From: Planctomycetota bacterium
GTDB lineage: Bacteria; Planctomycetota; UBA1135; GCA-002686595
NCBI GenBank assembly: GCA_047639675.1
Contig: JBLIOI010000007.1
Location: 3,987 to 67,986, forward strand
Reading direction: 5' to 3'
DNA: 64,000 nucleotides
Shown: positions 35,473 through 45,680 of the stretch, piece by piece
How the letters are laid out: every line of letters starts with the position of its first letter
How positions within the stretch are numbered: position 1 is the stretch's first letter
Notes under the pieces: model-generated
Databases searched by the model: none
What the model saw: the letters and a program-made list of their open reading frames with translations, nothing else
Told to the model about the DNA's origin: nothing
Made by a program: the position numbers and the translations under genes

Positions 35473-37281
35473 CTAGCGCTCTTTTTCAATGTCTTCGCGA
35501 GGTAGGAGCGTGTGATCATCAAGGATGATGCGCCCATTCTCCCCCGCCATGCTGCTGAGGTTCGTGGGGTCGGCGATTAGGAATGGATCGAGGGTGAAGT
35601 CGCTGCTGGACACCTTGGCGTTGTGCCCCTCGATGGCGATCACAATGGCATCCCCTTCGATCAAATCGCGCCAATTCGGTATCGGGAAATAGGCGAAGCA
35701 AGTCCTGGCCTCGTGGGACTCCACATCCGTCGCTTGCGCGCCGGCTCCGCCACCGACCTTCGACCGGCAGAATTCTGTGCCATTGATGTAGGCGATGAAG
35801 GCATCGTCGTAGCGGATCATTAGCGCGAGGTCTTTGTAACCCTTGAGATCCGCGGCTTGCACCGACTTGCGCAGATAGACCCGTTGGTAGGAGCCGCGCA
35901 TGCCATCGAGCACGGTTGTGTCATCGTCATCCCCAAAGCCGAAGCCCGCCTGGCCCGTGTTCCAAGAGCTCGCGTCAAAACTGGGATCAGTCCAGTTCCC
36001 CGTCGGATCCTCCCCAGCCAAGTAGCTCCAACTCGACTGGGCTTCAATCACAGAACTGAAGCCCTCTGGCATGAAAGCGTCGATAGCCAACGGCGGCCCC
36101 TGGGAGACCATGTGTAACTTGTCTGGCGAGAATTCGAGCAAGGTGATGTGGTGCGCGCTAGCCGTCATGCCCGGCGCCTTCAGGTACCAACGCTCCGAGT
36201 CGGGATTGCGTTGCGGTACTCCGAGTCCTCCCTCACCGATATAGGTGACACCTGTTGGATCGAATTTCTCAGAGCGAATCGGCATGGTCCGCTTAAGCAC
36301 GTGGCCATCGGATTCAAGCACGAGATCGAGGTCGTAGTGCTCGAAGAGCGGTACCCAAGTTGATTTGGCAGGGCCGGGGGTCTTGACCGCGGGATACAAG
36401 GGTCTGTGAAACTGCGCCACGAGCCAAGTGTGTGTCGGGCGCAAATAGCTGAGTGCCTCTTCGAGCCAAACAGCCTGGTCTCCGGTAGTGCTGGTCTCCG
36501 AGTTGAGCGTAATCAGCGCCAACTCCGTGCCAATCTCAGTCACGTAGTAGTTGTTGTTGTCACCACCTGGAGTGTCAAAGATCTCATTGAATAACGGACC
36601 GGAGTCGTGATTACCTCGGACCGGAATGATCGGCAGGACTCGCCCATTGTCCAAAACGCCCAACTCATGATGGCTAAGCCATTGGCCCCAATCCCCCCAT
36701 AGGCGGCCGCTATAGATAAAGTCGCCTCCATGGGCAAAGGCCAAGATCGAGGGATCCTCCAAGGCCAGACTGGCCATCAAGCGATACATCACTTGGCGCG
36801 CAATGTGACCGGAACGCGAGTCGCCGCCGTAGAGCAGTTTGAAGGGGCGCGCATCCTCGGGAGCTGTGACGAAGTGCATCTCGGGTGATGCTTCGCCATT
36901 ACTCAAGATCACGAAGTAGTAGGTCGTCGAGGGCTTGAGGTTATCCAGAGTCGCGTGGTGGTACCAAGCGCCTTCGAGCTTGCCAATCTCTGAAGGATCT
37001 AGGCTGTACTTGCCGTTACGCCGAGCGGTAAAGCTCTGCGGATAATCTTCGATGATGCCGTTCATTGCCGATTCAGAGGCGAGCACACGATGATCGTTTC
37101 CCTCTGCTTCTGTACTCCAGGAAACCGTCGCTTCATGCGCAGGGTCTTCGTGCCAGATCACTCGCCATTGAGCTGGACGCACACCTTCCAACTCTCTCCA
37201 TGTGGGCGCCGCCTCCTGTGCTAAGAGAGGAGCGACCGAAGATAAAAGCAAGCAGAGGAATCGCAGTGGATGGAATCTCAA
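35473..37281 (-). CDS. Secreted metallophosphoesterase (purple-acid-phosphatase-like) with a C-terminal beta-sandwich module
   Basis: Motifs YGGDSRSG, HGGDFIYS, VRGNHD, GEGGLG. An N-terminal FN3-like segment precedes the catalytic domain. C-terminal W...W...GFG...YLR...DDAFIAYINGTE pattern. TTG at 37281 gives MRFHPLRFLCLLLSSVAPLLAQE and avoids overlap with the upstream gene; the ORF runs to 37395. Confidence 0.7.
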   Translation of the reverse strand: MRFHPLRFLCLLLSSVAPLLAQEAAPTWRELEGVRPAQWRVIWHEDPAHEATVSWSTEAEGNDHRVLASESAMNGIIEDYPQSFTARRNGKYSLDPSEIGKLEGAWYHHATLDNLKPSTTYYFVILSNGEASPEMHFVTAPEDARPFKLLYGGDSRSGHIARQVMYRLMASLALEDPSILAFAHGGDFIYSGRLWGDWGQWLSHHELGVLDNGRVLPIIPVRGNHDSGPLFNEIFDTPGGDNNNYYVTEIGTELALITLNSETSTTGDQAVWLEEALSYLRPTHTWLVAQFHRPLYPAVKTPGPAKSTWVPLFEHYDLDLVLESDGHVLKRTMPIRSEKFDPTGVTYIGEGGLGVPQRNPDSERWYLKAPGMTASAHHITLLEFSPDKLHMVSQGPPLAIDAFMPEGFSSVIEAQSSWSYLAGEDPTGNWTDPSFDASSWNTGQAGFGFGDDDDTTVLDGMRGSYQRVYLRKSVQAADLKGYKDLALMIRYDDAFIAYINGTEFCRSKVGGGAGAQATDVESHEARTCFAYFPIPNWRDLIEGDAIVIAIEGHNAKVSSSDFTLDPFLIADPTNLSSMAGENGRIILDDHTLLPREDIEKER

Positions 37282-37282
37282 A

Positions 37283-38068
37283 TTATCGGGAGGAGGCTGG
37301 AGGTTTGACTCGGGCGAGATCGCGCCAATAGTAGTATAGCGCCAACGGCGCGCCAAAGTTTGCGAGGCGCGTTGCGGACTCCGGCCAGCGCTCAAGGCCC
37401 CACGCGGACATACGGCTTACAAGGGTAATCGCCCCCCAGGCGGCCATATAAGCCGCAATCCAACGCCATCGTCTAAAGCAAAGAGCCGCCGCGAGAGCGA
37501 TGTCGATGCAACCGATGAGTGACAAGATCAAGCGCGCATCGTCTTCTCGCAACCGAACGCCAAACTGACGGCGCACACTCGGAATCAGGAGGTCTATGAA
37601 CTGCGGATGATGCTGCAGAGCTTCGTAGCCGTGGGCAACGAAAGTGATCGCGATCGCAAAGCGCAGGAATCCGAAGGCCAAGCCACTGCGGCCGAGATGC
37701 AGGAGCATCAGGGAGATGGGTGCCACAAAGCGAATCGCATGAGAAGCCGGAGCTAAGTAAGCAAAGGCTTCGCCAGCTTGGATGCGCGTCGTAACAGCGA
37801 GCATCAGGAGCCAGGCAAAGATCAAGCCGCAGGCGATCCAAGTCGGCTTCCACATGAGACTCAATGAAGAAAACAGCAGCACGAGGGCTGCCCAGCGTTC
37901 GACATTGACAGCGAAGGCTTCGGATGTTCCGAGCCCCATGAACAACCAGCCGTTGACAGAGGATTGATGACTCCACGCCACCCAGCCAGCGCTTAGCGCG
38001 CTCAACACGACTGTGAGTCGAAGAATAATGGCGCCTACGCTGCCACGTGTTGAAGGCTCGGTCGTCAT
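37283..38068 (-). CDS. Hypothetical polytopic membrane protein
   Basis: 261-aa ORF with about 7 hydrophobic helices. No family recognised. Confidence 0.5.
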   Translation of the reverse strand: MTTEPSTRGSVGAIILRLTVVLSALSAGWVAWSHQSSVNGWLFMGLGTSEAFAVNVERWAALVLLFSSLSLMWKPTWIACGLIFAWLLMLAVTTRIQAGEAFAYLAPASHAIRFVAPISLMLLHLGRSGLAFGFLRFAIAITFVAHGYEALQHHPQFIDLLIPSVRRQFGVRLREDDARLILSLIGCIDIALAAALCFRRWRWIAAYMAAWGAITLVSRMSAWGLERWPESATRLANFGAPLALYYYWRDLARVKPPASSR

Positions 38069-38105
38069 GCAATTCTAGGCTGGGTTATTCTTGCGGACAG
38101 GGCTT

Positions 38106-38612
38106 CTAACTGCCCTCCGCTGATTCCATCTCAAGAACCGTCAAGTGCAAGCGCAAATCGAATTCGAGCTGATGATAGTCGGGCTCCATATAAGTGCAAA
38201 GCTTGTAGAAGTCACGATCGTGCTCCGTGTGCTTCATATGAGCCAGCTCGTGAACGACGATCATGTGCAAGAACTCCGGTGCAGTATCCTTGAATAAGCT
38301 GGCGATCCGCATTTCGCGGCGCTTCTTCAATTTGGATCCCTGGACGACGGTCGAGGTGGTGTGCAATCCCAATGCGTTGTGTGCCTGGTGCAAGCGATTG
38401 TCGAAGGCCACAGACTTGAGCGGCGCGGCGCTGCGCATGCGCAGCGCCTTGAGTTCTTGCACGTAGGTGTTCAGCGCTTTGCTTGAATGTACCTCGTGCT
38501 TGTCGGGATACTTGTTGAACAAGTAACCGGCGAGCTCGCCACTCTCCACCAAAGCTTCGGCTTTCGCCTGCAGCTCTGGCGGGTAGCCTTGAATGTAACG
38601 CAATCTGTCCAT
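38106..38612 (-). CDS. YgjP/DUF45-type (M48-like) zinc metallopeptidase
   Basis: HExxH motif in MIVVHELAHMKHTEHDRDFYKL. Size (168 aa) fits the DUF45 family. Confidence 0.7.
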   Translation of the reverse strand: MDRLRYIQGYPPELQAKAEALVESGELAGYLFNKYPDKHEVHSSKALNTYVQELKALRMRSAAPLKSVAFDNRLHQAHNALGLHTTSTVVQGSKLKKRREMRIASLFKDTAPEFLHMIVVHELAHMKHTEHDRDFYKLCTYMEPDYHQLEFDLRLHLTVLEMESAEGS

Positions 38613-38636
38613 GGTGCCCTTTCGCTTACTCCAGGG

Positions 38637-39335
38637 CTACTCGCAGTAGATCACGGACAAGCCGCCAGTGAGCCCCGTACCAAAGCCGGCGGGCTCTGTG
38701 GGGTCGCGGTACCAAACTTGGTAGTACTCCGTGTCGCCAGCTGTTTTGCCCGCTAAATCAACGGGCCATGCCCCACTGCCCAGGATTCCAGTCGTGAACG
38801 GTGTGCCACGGGTTATCGGGGCCTGCACGCATAAAGTTGCGCCCTGGAAGGGAGCCGAGCCAGCCGCCGGTCCCCAGAAGACCAAAGCAGTTTTGTTCGG
38901 TACTGCGTTCGTGATCGTGATTTCGAAATCAGTCGAGGTCAGTGCCTGCTCGCCATTCCAACCGATGGAGGGCACCTGGCCCAACGAAGAGATCTTACCG
39001 GTGCAATAGGTCGTCGGCGGGACGCAAATCACCGGGCCCTCGACACCATTGATGACCAAGGCGTAGTCCGTATCGAGCGCACCCGTCTCCACGTGACCAT
39101 CTTGATTGATCTCGTCGGCAAGAACCTCAATCGTCCAGGTCCCCGCACTAGCGTTCTGCACGTATCCATCTCCCTCTGGAAAATTGATATAACGCAAGCC
39201 CTCAACGGAAAACGGCGTGCGATGAAACACCTCGCCTTCCAGTGAGAGGAGCGCGCTCTCACCCTCCGACTTCAGAACCTGAACGGACTGCGGGGCGAAA
39301 GCAGCAAGAAGAAGGAGGGTTGTGTAAAGGACCAT
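38637..39335 (-). CDS. Secreted hypothetical protein
   Basis: 232 aa. Signal peptide MVLYTTLLLLAAFAPQSVQV. C-terminal half is Gly/Thr/Pro-rich with conserved Cys. No family recognised. Confidence 0.5.
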   Translation of the reverse strand: MVLYTTLLLLAAFAPQSVQVLKSEGESALLSLEGEVFHRTPFSVEGLRYINFPEGDGYVQNASAGTWTIEVLADEINQDGHVETGALDTDYALVINGVEGPVICVPPTTYCTGKISSLGQVPSIGWNGEQALTSTDFEITITNAVPNKTALVFWGPAAGSAPFQGATLCVQAPITRGTPFTTGILGSGAWPVDLAGKTAGDTEYYQVWYRDPTEPAGFGTGLTGGLSVIYCE

Positions 39336-39735
39336 TGAGGGACTCGGAGACGATTCGGAAGGGTACGGCTACCGCCATTGTGGATGAAGAAGGGCAGGAT
39401 TGGGCCTTCCGGGGTACAAAATCGAGTTCGGAGCTTAACGCGCGACACGTAGTCTTATGGTTACCCATGAAGGAAGACCAGATAGAGACCCTCCTCGCAG
39501 CCCTATCCCACAGGGGAAGGTGACCACTAATTATGTCCAGATGGGCGTGCGCTCATCGCCGCCCGATTGAATCAGTAATGAAATCAGAGCCAAGCAAAGA
39601 GTGGAATAGGTTTGCATGGTCGCGAGGTCCATCTGCAGGAACTATCGGGTCGAGAGACAAATCACGGACCCTCTAATGTAGGGTTCAAGCCGATTGCCAA
39701 CAGCCCCCTCTACGGTATAGTTGTCCGCCAACACC

Positions 39736-40791
39736 ATGCCGAACAATCGACCCATCAAGACGCTGCCGGAATCGGCCGTGGACACTGCGGAACGCAATGT
39801 TCGCGATGTTCTAGCCCAAGCCTTTGAGCATACGGACGAGCACAAAGCCGTTGTCGTCTGGGACGGGCAGTGCGATTTATCTTTGGCCCTTGCCCAGGCC
39901 TATCGGCGTGCCTTGCCGCTGGCTCAATTCATAGAATTCGACAGCGTAGAACCCGAGGCGGTTCTGGCTGCCTTTGAACCGCTAGTGCCGGGCGACTTGG
40001 TTGTGCTGGTTCAGTCCACGAGTTTTCGATTGCACTCTTTTCGTATTCGAGTCGAGCTGTTTCGGCGCTCACTCAAAGTCCTTGAGCACCCGCATCTGGC
40101 ACGAATGCAAGGGGATGAAAGCTTGGTCTATATCGACTCATTAGCCTACGACCGCGACTACTATCGCGGGGTTGGCGCGGCCTTGAAAGGACGACTTGAT
40201 TGCGGCCACGAAGGCGTTGTGGATAGCGGCGGAGAGCAACTGCACTTTCCCGTCGGCTTCTCCCCCGCCAAGCTAAACGTGGGTGACTACCGAGAGATGA
40301 AGAACATTGGAGGCCAGTATCCCATCGGCGAAGTCTTCACTGAGTCCGCAGACTTAGAGGCTGTCCACGGACGCGTACGAATCTCCATTTTTGGCGACAC
40401 CTCCTATAGAGTCAACAAACCGGCCAAACCGATCACTCTAATCGTTGAGATGGGACGGGTCGTCGGTACGGAAAACTCAACGCTGGAGTTTGACCAGGTG
40501 CTGGATAGCATTCGAGCTACGGAAGGTCAGGTTTGGTTGCGCGAACTGGGTTTTGGTATGAATCGTGCCTTCACACAGGAACGTTTGGTTAGCGATGTAG
40601 GCACCTTCGAGCGCATGTGCGGCGTTCATCTTTCCCTCGGATCGAAACACGTGATGTACAACAAGCCGAACATCAAGAAGAAGGTCGCAAGGCAGCACGT
40701 TGACGTATTTGTACTCACCCATGATGTGCGGATTGATGACGAGCCGCTCTTTCGCAACGGCGAATGGATCGTGAATCGGGTTCAGAGCTAG
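39736..40791 (+). CDS. M29 (aminopeptidase T/PepS)-like protein
   Basis: GGQYPIGEVFTES..., LRELGFGMNRAF and ERMCGVHLSLGS resemble the conserved NLPGGEVFTAP / GE.G.GTN / H.A.G blocks of thermophilic-type aminopeptidases. Judged by eye. First ATG at 39736; the ORF opens at a TTG at 39721. Confidence 0.5.
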   Translation: MPNNRPIKTLPESAVDTAERNVRDVLAQAFEHTDEHKAVVVWDGQCDLSLALAQAYRRALPLAQFIEFDSVEPEAVLAAFEPLVPGDLVVLVQSTSFRLHSFRIRVELFRRSLKVLEHPHLARMQGDESLVYIDSLAYDRDYYRGVGAALKGRLDCGHEGVVDSGGEQLHFPVGFSPAKLNVGDYREMKNIGGQYPIGEVFTESADLEAVHGRVRISIFGDTSYRVNKPAKPITLIVEMGRVVGTENSTLEFDQVLDSIRATEGQVWLRELGFGMNRAFTQERLVSDVGTFERMCGVHLSLGSKHVMYNKPNIKKKVARQHVDVFVLTHDVRIDDEPLFRNGEWIVNRVQS

Positions 40792-40996
40792 TCACTCGCG
40801 TAACCTGCTTCCCAGTGCTTTGCGCGGCAGCTCGTAGCGATCCAGAGACACGACTCCGGCGGTCATCGGAACCACAAGCCCAGGCTGGAAACTGGTGACG
40901 CGCACTTCATTCGCCATCTGGGCAGCGCCTTCACGGAGAATCGCAATTTCACCGTTGAAGATGGGCGGCTCGATGTAGTTCTCGACCGGATGCAGA

Positions 40997-41839
40997 TTAG
41001 AGGCCCAGGTGCGCGAAGCTTGTCCCTGCGGGAAGACAGATCCCAAACTCTTCCCGCAGAGTCTCCAAGACCTCCTCGTCACTTCGCAGTAGGCGGATCA
41101 CAACCTCAGCGCCCTTGCCGCGCTTCTTGAGTTCTCGATCTAGAAGGGTTATGCGGCCTGTCCCAGTCGAACGCGAAACTTTGATTTGACTGCGAAACTG
41201 CGAATCGGGATGTGCGCTGGTGAACCAGTTCCCAAGCTCTCGGTCAACCGGTTGCATTTCTTCGAGAGTGAACTCGCAGATGTCTTCCCAAGCGTCACCG
41301 AGCAGAACTTGGTGATACAGAACTGCGTCCGGTGCCCGCCGATCGAGTCCCGACCAATCTCCCACCGAAACGATTCGCCTCATCTCATGCGGAGTTATTT
41401 GCGGATCATTGAGCACCAAGCGCAGGGCGCATGTAGGCGAGAAACTGCCAACTCCGACATCAGCCAACCAGGCTTCTCCATCCAACTCCACCCGCAAGAA
41501 TAGGTGCGTTCGGGGAGCCGTGAAACTACGCGGTTTCTGAATGCAAACGCGCGCGCTGATTGGCTGAACTGCATAGCCGAGCGCAATCAACACAAACTGC
41601 AGCAGACTGTTCTGCTCGAAGCAGTAGCCGCCGCGTCCTCGGTGAACGAGCTTGCGCTCAATGTCCGCGGGCTGGACAGAGATCGGATGCCCCAAGACCA
41701 CATCCAGGTTCTCAAATGGAATCGTCCTGATGTGCGCTTCGACAATACGGTTGAGGGTTGCGAGATTTGGGTCCCGCGAACCTGTATCGCCAATGCGCTC
41801 AAAGTAAGCATCTAGATCCGGATTAAAGCTCTCCTTCAC
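40997..41839 (-). CDS. Arylamine N-acetyltransferase (NAT family)
   Basis: YFERIG..., IPFENLDV, the catalytic-Cys block RGGYCFEQN, then HL and a later Asp, in the usual NAT order. 280 aa. Confidence 0.8.
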   Translation of the reverse strand: MKESFNPDLDAYFERIGDTGSRDPNLATLNRIVEAHIRTIPFENLDVVLGHPISVQPADIERKLVHRGRGGYCFEQNSLLQFVLIALGYAVQPISARVCIQKPRSFTAPRTHLFLRVELDGEAWLADVGVGSFSPTCALRLVLNDPQITPHEMRRIVSVGDWSGLDRRAPDAVLYHQVLLGDAWEDICEFTLEEMQPVDRELGNWFTSAHPDSQFRSQIKVSRSTGTGRITLLDRELKKRGKGAEVVIRLLRSDEEVLETLREEFGICLPAGTSFAHLGL

Positions 41840-41842
41840 AAG

Positions 41843-42322
41843 CTACTCGCCCGGCGGCAATTCGTAGGTCCCGATGTGGTCAGCGACCAAACGGCCTTGT
41901 CGCGCGAGTTCGCGCCAAACGGGGGTTGGATAACGCGGAGGAGGTTGAATCCCGACGATCTCAGAATCGTTACCGCCCGACAAGGGCCCACCACCGAGCT
42001 TGGAATCGTGAGCTAAGCGTGTCACCTTGAGACTCTTGCGAAAGGCCTTCATAGCACGCTTAAGGACGCCGCGATCGGAAAGGGGCAAAATTCGCTTGCC
42101 GGCCGCCCACTGTTCCGCAATCTGTCTCAGCTGCTCCAAGTCCTGTTCGTCGATTGCCTGCGCAAGCTCGGCGTCCTCATCTTCAAAGAGCGCGCAAGCA
42201 CTCTTCATTTCTGTCCAAGGCTCAGCGTTACCAGGTTCTTCGTCAAGCCGAGTAATAGCCGCCACGACCACCGTACTCAGGAGCTCCTTCTTGGGATCAA
42301 TCATGCTCAAAATGATACCCAA
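41843..42322 (-). CDS. Hypothetical protein
   Basis: 159-aa ORF ending 3 nt before the NAT start. Acidic helical N-half, basic C-half. No family recognised. Confidence 0.45.
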   Translation of the reverse strand: MGIILSMIDPKKELLSTVVVAAITRLDEEPGNAEPWTEMKSACALFEDEDAELAQAIDEQDLEQLRQIAEQWAAGKRILPLSDRGVLKRAMKAFRKSLKVTRLAHDSKLGGGPLSGGNDSEIVGIQPPPRYPTPVWRELARQGRLVADHIGTYELPPGE

Positions 42323-42495
42323 ATCTCCCCCCGTACGGTTGGGTCAACGTGACGTGATCACGACCTGCGGGGTAGTCTGATGTCCATGGGCCCTCTCCCC
42401 AATGCACAGCGCAACTGGGAGCGTAGCGCAGGACTACAGGCATGCGAGCATCATGAAGTTACGGAGCGCATGGGCCCTCTTGCGAACCGCTGGAA

Positions 42496-42957
42496 TTGCT
42501 CTCTGGCGGTCTCGCCAACCTGAATATTCGGGTTGGAGCCGCCCGCGCGCTTCGTATCCTCCGGCAAGATGTCAGCGCATTGCAAAAGGAAGCGCAGCGG
42601 CTCGTGCGCTCTTGGCGAAACTTCCGTACGCCGTATGCCCACCAGGTGGGAACTGACTCCTTACTGATCGATTTTGTGGAGCACAAGCAACGACTCAATG
42701 ACGCACTGAGCGGAGTTATCGCCTTTAGCCACCTCGAACCATCGACCATCTGCACAAGTACTGCCACTATCGGCTTGCTGCAATCACAACCCGGTCATCT
42801 CCGTCATCGGGCGCGCTTGACATCGACTGAAGACGTCAACCCTGAGCTGTACCCTTGGTTGAAGTTGCCTGGCTCGGCTTCGTTAGTGGGAGATCGCCTC
42901 GACTCTGAAGCGCAGGTTCTCCTGCTCCTCCCCACATGGCCAGTCCGCGCGGACTGA
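42496..42957 (+). CDS. Possible hypothetical protein (weak)
   Basis: The only ORF with coding-like composition in the 760-nt gap 42323..43083. TTG start, no motif, no visible SD. Confidence 0.25.
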   Translation: MLSGGLANLNIRVGAARALRILRQDVSALQKEAQRLVRSWRNFRTPYAHQVGTDSLLIDFVEHKQRLNDALSGVIAFSHLEPSTICTSTATIGLLQSQPGHLRHRARLTSTEDVNPELYPWLKLPGSASLVGDRLDSEAQVLLLLPTWPVRAD

Positions 42958-43083
42958 ACCGAACGCCAAATAGAGTGCAAGATCAAGCCAATTGAAACGC
43001 ACAGCTTGTCACTAGGAGGCTAGTAAAAAGCCACAGGAGTAAGCTTTCCGCTGTACCCGCTCAGAGCACTCAGTCACTGCGCG

Positions 43084-43788
43084 TTAGCGCTGATACATGA
43101 TCCGATCGCAGCTCGAACACTGAATGACTGCGTTGCCGCGGGCGAGTCGAACCACCAAGTTCGGCGGGACTCGCATAAAGCAGGACTGGCAGACGCCGCC
43201 ATCGAGGGTCGCCAGGGCTTCGCCGTTGCGGGCGATGAGTAGGCGCTCGTAGAGGTCCAAGGTATTGCGGTCGAGGTCCTTGTCCATCTTCAGCTCACGT
43301 CGCGCGGTCAGGTCCCCTTGGCGGGTCTGGGCAGTGGCGAGCTCGGAATCGACGTTCTTGCAGAACTCCGCGAAGACTTCGAGTTCAGCTTTTAGGCGCT
43401 TATCAATCTCTTCGATTTCAAAGTTCGTGCGCTCGATGCTCTCCATGTAGCCGAGCTCTTCGCGTTCGGCTTCATCGATCTGGCGCTTGAGGCCGCGAAC
43501 TTCGTAGCGGCATGCTTCGACAACGGTCATGTCCCTGTTGGACATTGACTCCTTTTCGAGCTTAGTGATGCGCTGCCTCTGAACGGTCACCGTGTCGTCG
43601 AGCTCCTTGATGCGCACCTTATGAACCAGGATGGCTTGGCGCTTCTCCTCTAGGACTTCTTGGGCCCGATCCAGTTTTTCCTGGCGACGATCCCTCTCTT
43701 CGGGGAGACGCTTGATTTCGGAATTGACACGGAACAGGTCCTTGTCGATTTCTTGGAGGGCACGAAGAGCTTGTACGGAATTGGCCAT
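43084..43788 (-). CDS. Coiled-coil C4-type zinc-ribbon protein (COG1579/DUF164-like)
   Basis: 234 aa. Long heptad-like E/R/K/L region, then CQSCFMRVPP...IQCSSCDRI. Confidence 0.7.
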   Translation of the reverse strand: MANSVQALRALQEIDKDLFRVNSEIKRLPEERDRRQEKLDRAQEVLEEKRQAILVHKVRIKELDDTVTVQRQRITKLEKESMSNRDMTVVEACRYEVRGLKRQIDEAEREELGYMESIERTNFEIEEIDKRLKAELEVFAEFCKNVDSELATAQTRQGDLTARRELKMDKDLDRNTLDLYERLLIARNGEALATLDGGVCQSCFMRVPPNLVVRLARGNAVIQCSSCDRIMYQR

Positions 43789-43890
43789 AATGTTGTCGGT
43801 CGCTGAGAATCGAGGGCGAACAGTCTACGCCCTGGATTAGGCGGAACAAGGGGCGAACTGGTGCACAATTATTGAGACCGCCAGATACGA

Positions 43891-43926
43891 AAGCGCCCCG
43901 CTCGCCGATTGGCGAGCGGGGCGCTT
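43891..43926 (-). terminator. Strong hairpin downstream of rpoD
   Basis: AAGCGCCCCGCTCGCC-GATT-GGCGAGCGGGGCGCTT: perfect 16-bp stem, 25 nt after the rpoD stop. On the minus strand it is followed by TCGTATCTGG, a T-containing but non-canonical tract. Confidence 0.7.
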
Positions 43927-43950
43927 GTGGTTGTTAGCCCCGGGCAGGCT

Positions 43951-45672
43951 CTAAAGCACGCCCTCAGACTCGTCAGGCAGGACCGCGCCGTCCAAGAAGC
44001 TCGCCAATTGGCGGGCACGGACGGGGTGGCGCAGCTTGCGGACAGCCTTGGCTTCGATCTGACGCACGCGTTCGCGGGTCACTCGGAAAATTCGGCCGAC
44101 CTCCTCGAGGGTGTAGGTATAGCCGTCGCCGATGCCGTAACGCAGCTTGACGATCTCTCGCTCACGGAAAGTGAGGGTTGAGAGAACCTCGTCGATGCGC
44201 TCCTTGAGCATTTCGTGGCCAGCCGCCTGCAAGGGGCTCTCCGCTGAATCATCCTCGATGAAGTCACCGAAGTAGCTGTCGTCGGAATCGCCAATCGGGC
44301 GGTCGAGACTGATCGGGTGCTTGCTGATCTTCATCACGCGCTTGGCCTCTTCGACCGTGATCTCTGTCGCCTCGGCGACTTCCTCCACGCTCGGCTCGCG
44401 ACCCTTCTGCTGCAATAAGCGCTTGCTCACGTTACGCAGCTTGCTCATGGTTTCAATCATGTGCACCGGGATACGAATCGTACGAGCCTGATCCGCGATC
44501 GAACGCGTGATGGCCTGACGAATCCACCAAGTGGCATAGGTCGAGAACTTGTAACCGCGACGGTACTCATACTTCTCCACCGCCTTCATCAGACCGGTGT
44601 TGCCTTCCTGAATCAAGTCGAGGAACGACAAGCCACGGTTGCGGTACTTCTTAGCGATCGAAACCACCAGACGGAGGTTGCCGCTAGACAGCTTGCGCTT
44701 GGCATCTTCGTACTCTTCGTGATGCAAGCGCACTTGGTCGATACGACGCTTGAGACGTGAGCTGGGCTCCAGGGTCTGAAGCTCCATCTCGCGCAAACGC
44801 ACCTGCAACTCGGCGAGTTGTTCGGCGCCCTTCTTGTTGCCTTTGAAGGCCGCAAACTTGCGCTCTACCGAGCGCATCTCGCGATAGAAGTCCTCGAGTG
44901 ATTCGAGGTACGGGCCGACCTTTTTGACTTGCAAGTGACACTCTTCGATCAGGATCACGAGCTTGCGTCGCAGACCTTGAACTACGACTAGCTGGGCCGA
45001 ACGTGCTTGGCCTTGGAGATCGTCGCCGAGCAGCGGCTTGTACTCCTCACGAATGCGCGCCACCAGGCGGCGGATCGTCACCAAGTTGACCGGCAGGCGC
45101 TTGGCCAGGAATGCCTTACCAAGGGTTTCAACGATTTTCGGATCGTCGTCGGGCTTGGGGTTCGGATTGACCTTCAAGGTCCGATCAAAGGCCAGCTCGC
45201 CAGCTGCAACCTTCTCAAGGGTCTCGAGGGACTCGTCCATGCAGATGCCCGATGCGATCGACTTCTTACGGAAGCGCTTGCGGGTAATCTCAATGGTCTT
45301 GGCCAAGTAGATCTCCTCGGGACGCGTCAAGAGCGGAATCTCGCCCATCTGCGTCAGGTACATGCGCACCGGGTCGTCGATCTTCTCGGGCAGCGCAACG
45401 CTGCGCGCCAAGGCCGCTTCAGCAGCTGCAGTTTTCTGCGCAACGGTCTCCGCCGGGGTCTTATTTTGGCCGATCTTCGAGTCGAGGCTTTCCTCGTTCT
45501 CGTCCACCACCTCAACACCGGCCTCCTCGAGGGCCACAAAGACCTGGTCGAGTTGATCCGGGGGGATGAACTGGTCCTCCAAGAGACGGCTCATGTCTCC
45601 AAAGGTAAGGAAGCCGCGTGACTGCCCCTCATCTACCAGTGTTTTGATTGCTTCGTCGAATTTGCCTGACAT
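43951..45672 (-). CDS. rpoD: RNA polymerase primary sigma factor (sigma-70)
   Basis: Regions 1.1 to 4.2 are recognisable: [90 protein letters not shown]. Confidence 0.95.
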   Translation of the reverse strand: MSGKFDEAIKTLVDEGQSRGFLTFGDMSRLLEDQFIPPDQLDQVFVALEEAGVEVVDENEESLDSKIGQNKTPAETVAQKTAAAEAALARSVALPEKIDDPVRMYLTQMGEIPLLTRPEEIYLAKTIEITRKRFRKKSIASGICMDESLETLEKVAAGELAFDRTLKVNPNPKPDDDPKIVETLGKAFLAKRLPVNLVTIRRLVARIREEYKPLLGDDLQGQARSAQLVVVQGLRRKLVILIEECHLQVKKVGPYLESLEDFYREMRSVERKFAAFKGNKKGAEQLAELQVRLREMELQTLEPSSRLKRRIDQVRLHHEEYEDAKRKLSSGNLRLVVSIAKKYRNRGLSFLDLIQEGNTGLMKAVEKYEYRRGYKFSTYATWWIRQAITRSIADQARTIRIPVHMIETMSKLRNVSKRLLQQKGREPSVEEVAEATEITVEEAKRVMKISKHPISLDRPIGDSDDSYFGDFIEDDSAESPLQAAGHEMLKERIDEVLSTLTFREREIVKLRYGIGDGYTYTLEEVGRIFRVTRERVRQIEAKAVRKLRHPVRARQLASFLDGAVLPDESEGVL

Positions 45673-45680
45673 ACGTTCCT

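Noticed and set aside
38613-38639. ORFs 38106..38612 and 38637..39335 are in the same frame with a 24-nt gap, which looked like another read-through or Sec candidate.
   Set aside because: The intervening stop is TAG, not TGA. The upstream protein ends naturally. The downstream one has its own start and an unrelated fold (a DUF45 metallopeptidase). I treat them as two ordinary genes.
40792-41082. 96-codon minus-strand ORF overlapping the 3' end of the NAT gene.
   Set aside because: It overlaps NAT by 86 nt in another frame. It has no motif and its N-terminal part is Arg/Ser-rich. A shorter internal start is possible, but nothing in the sequence supports it.
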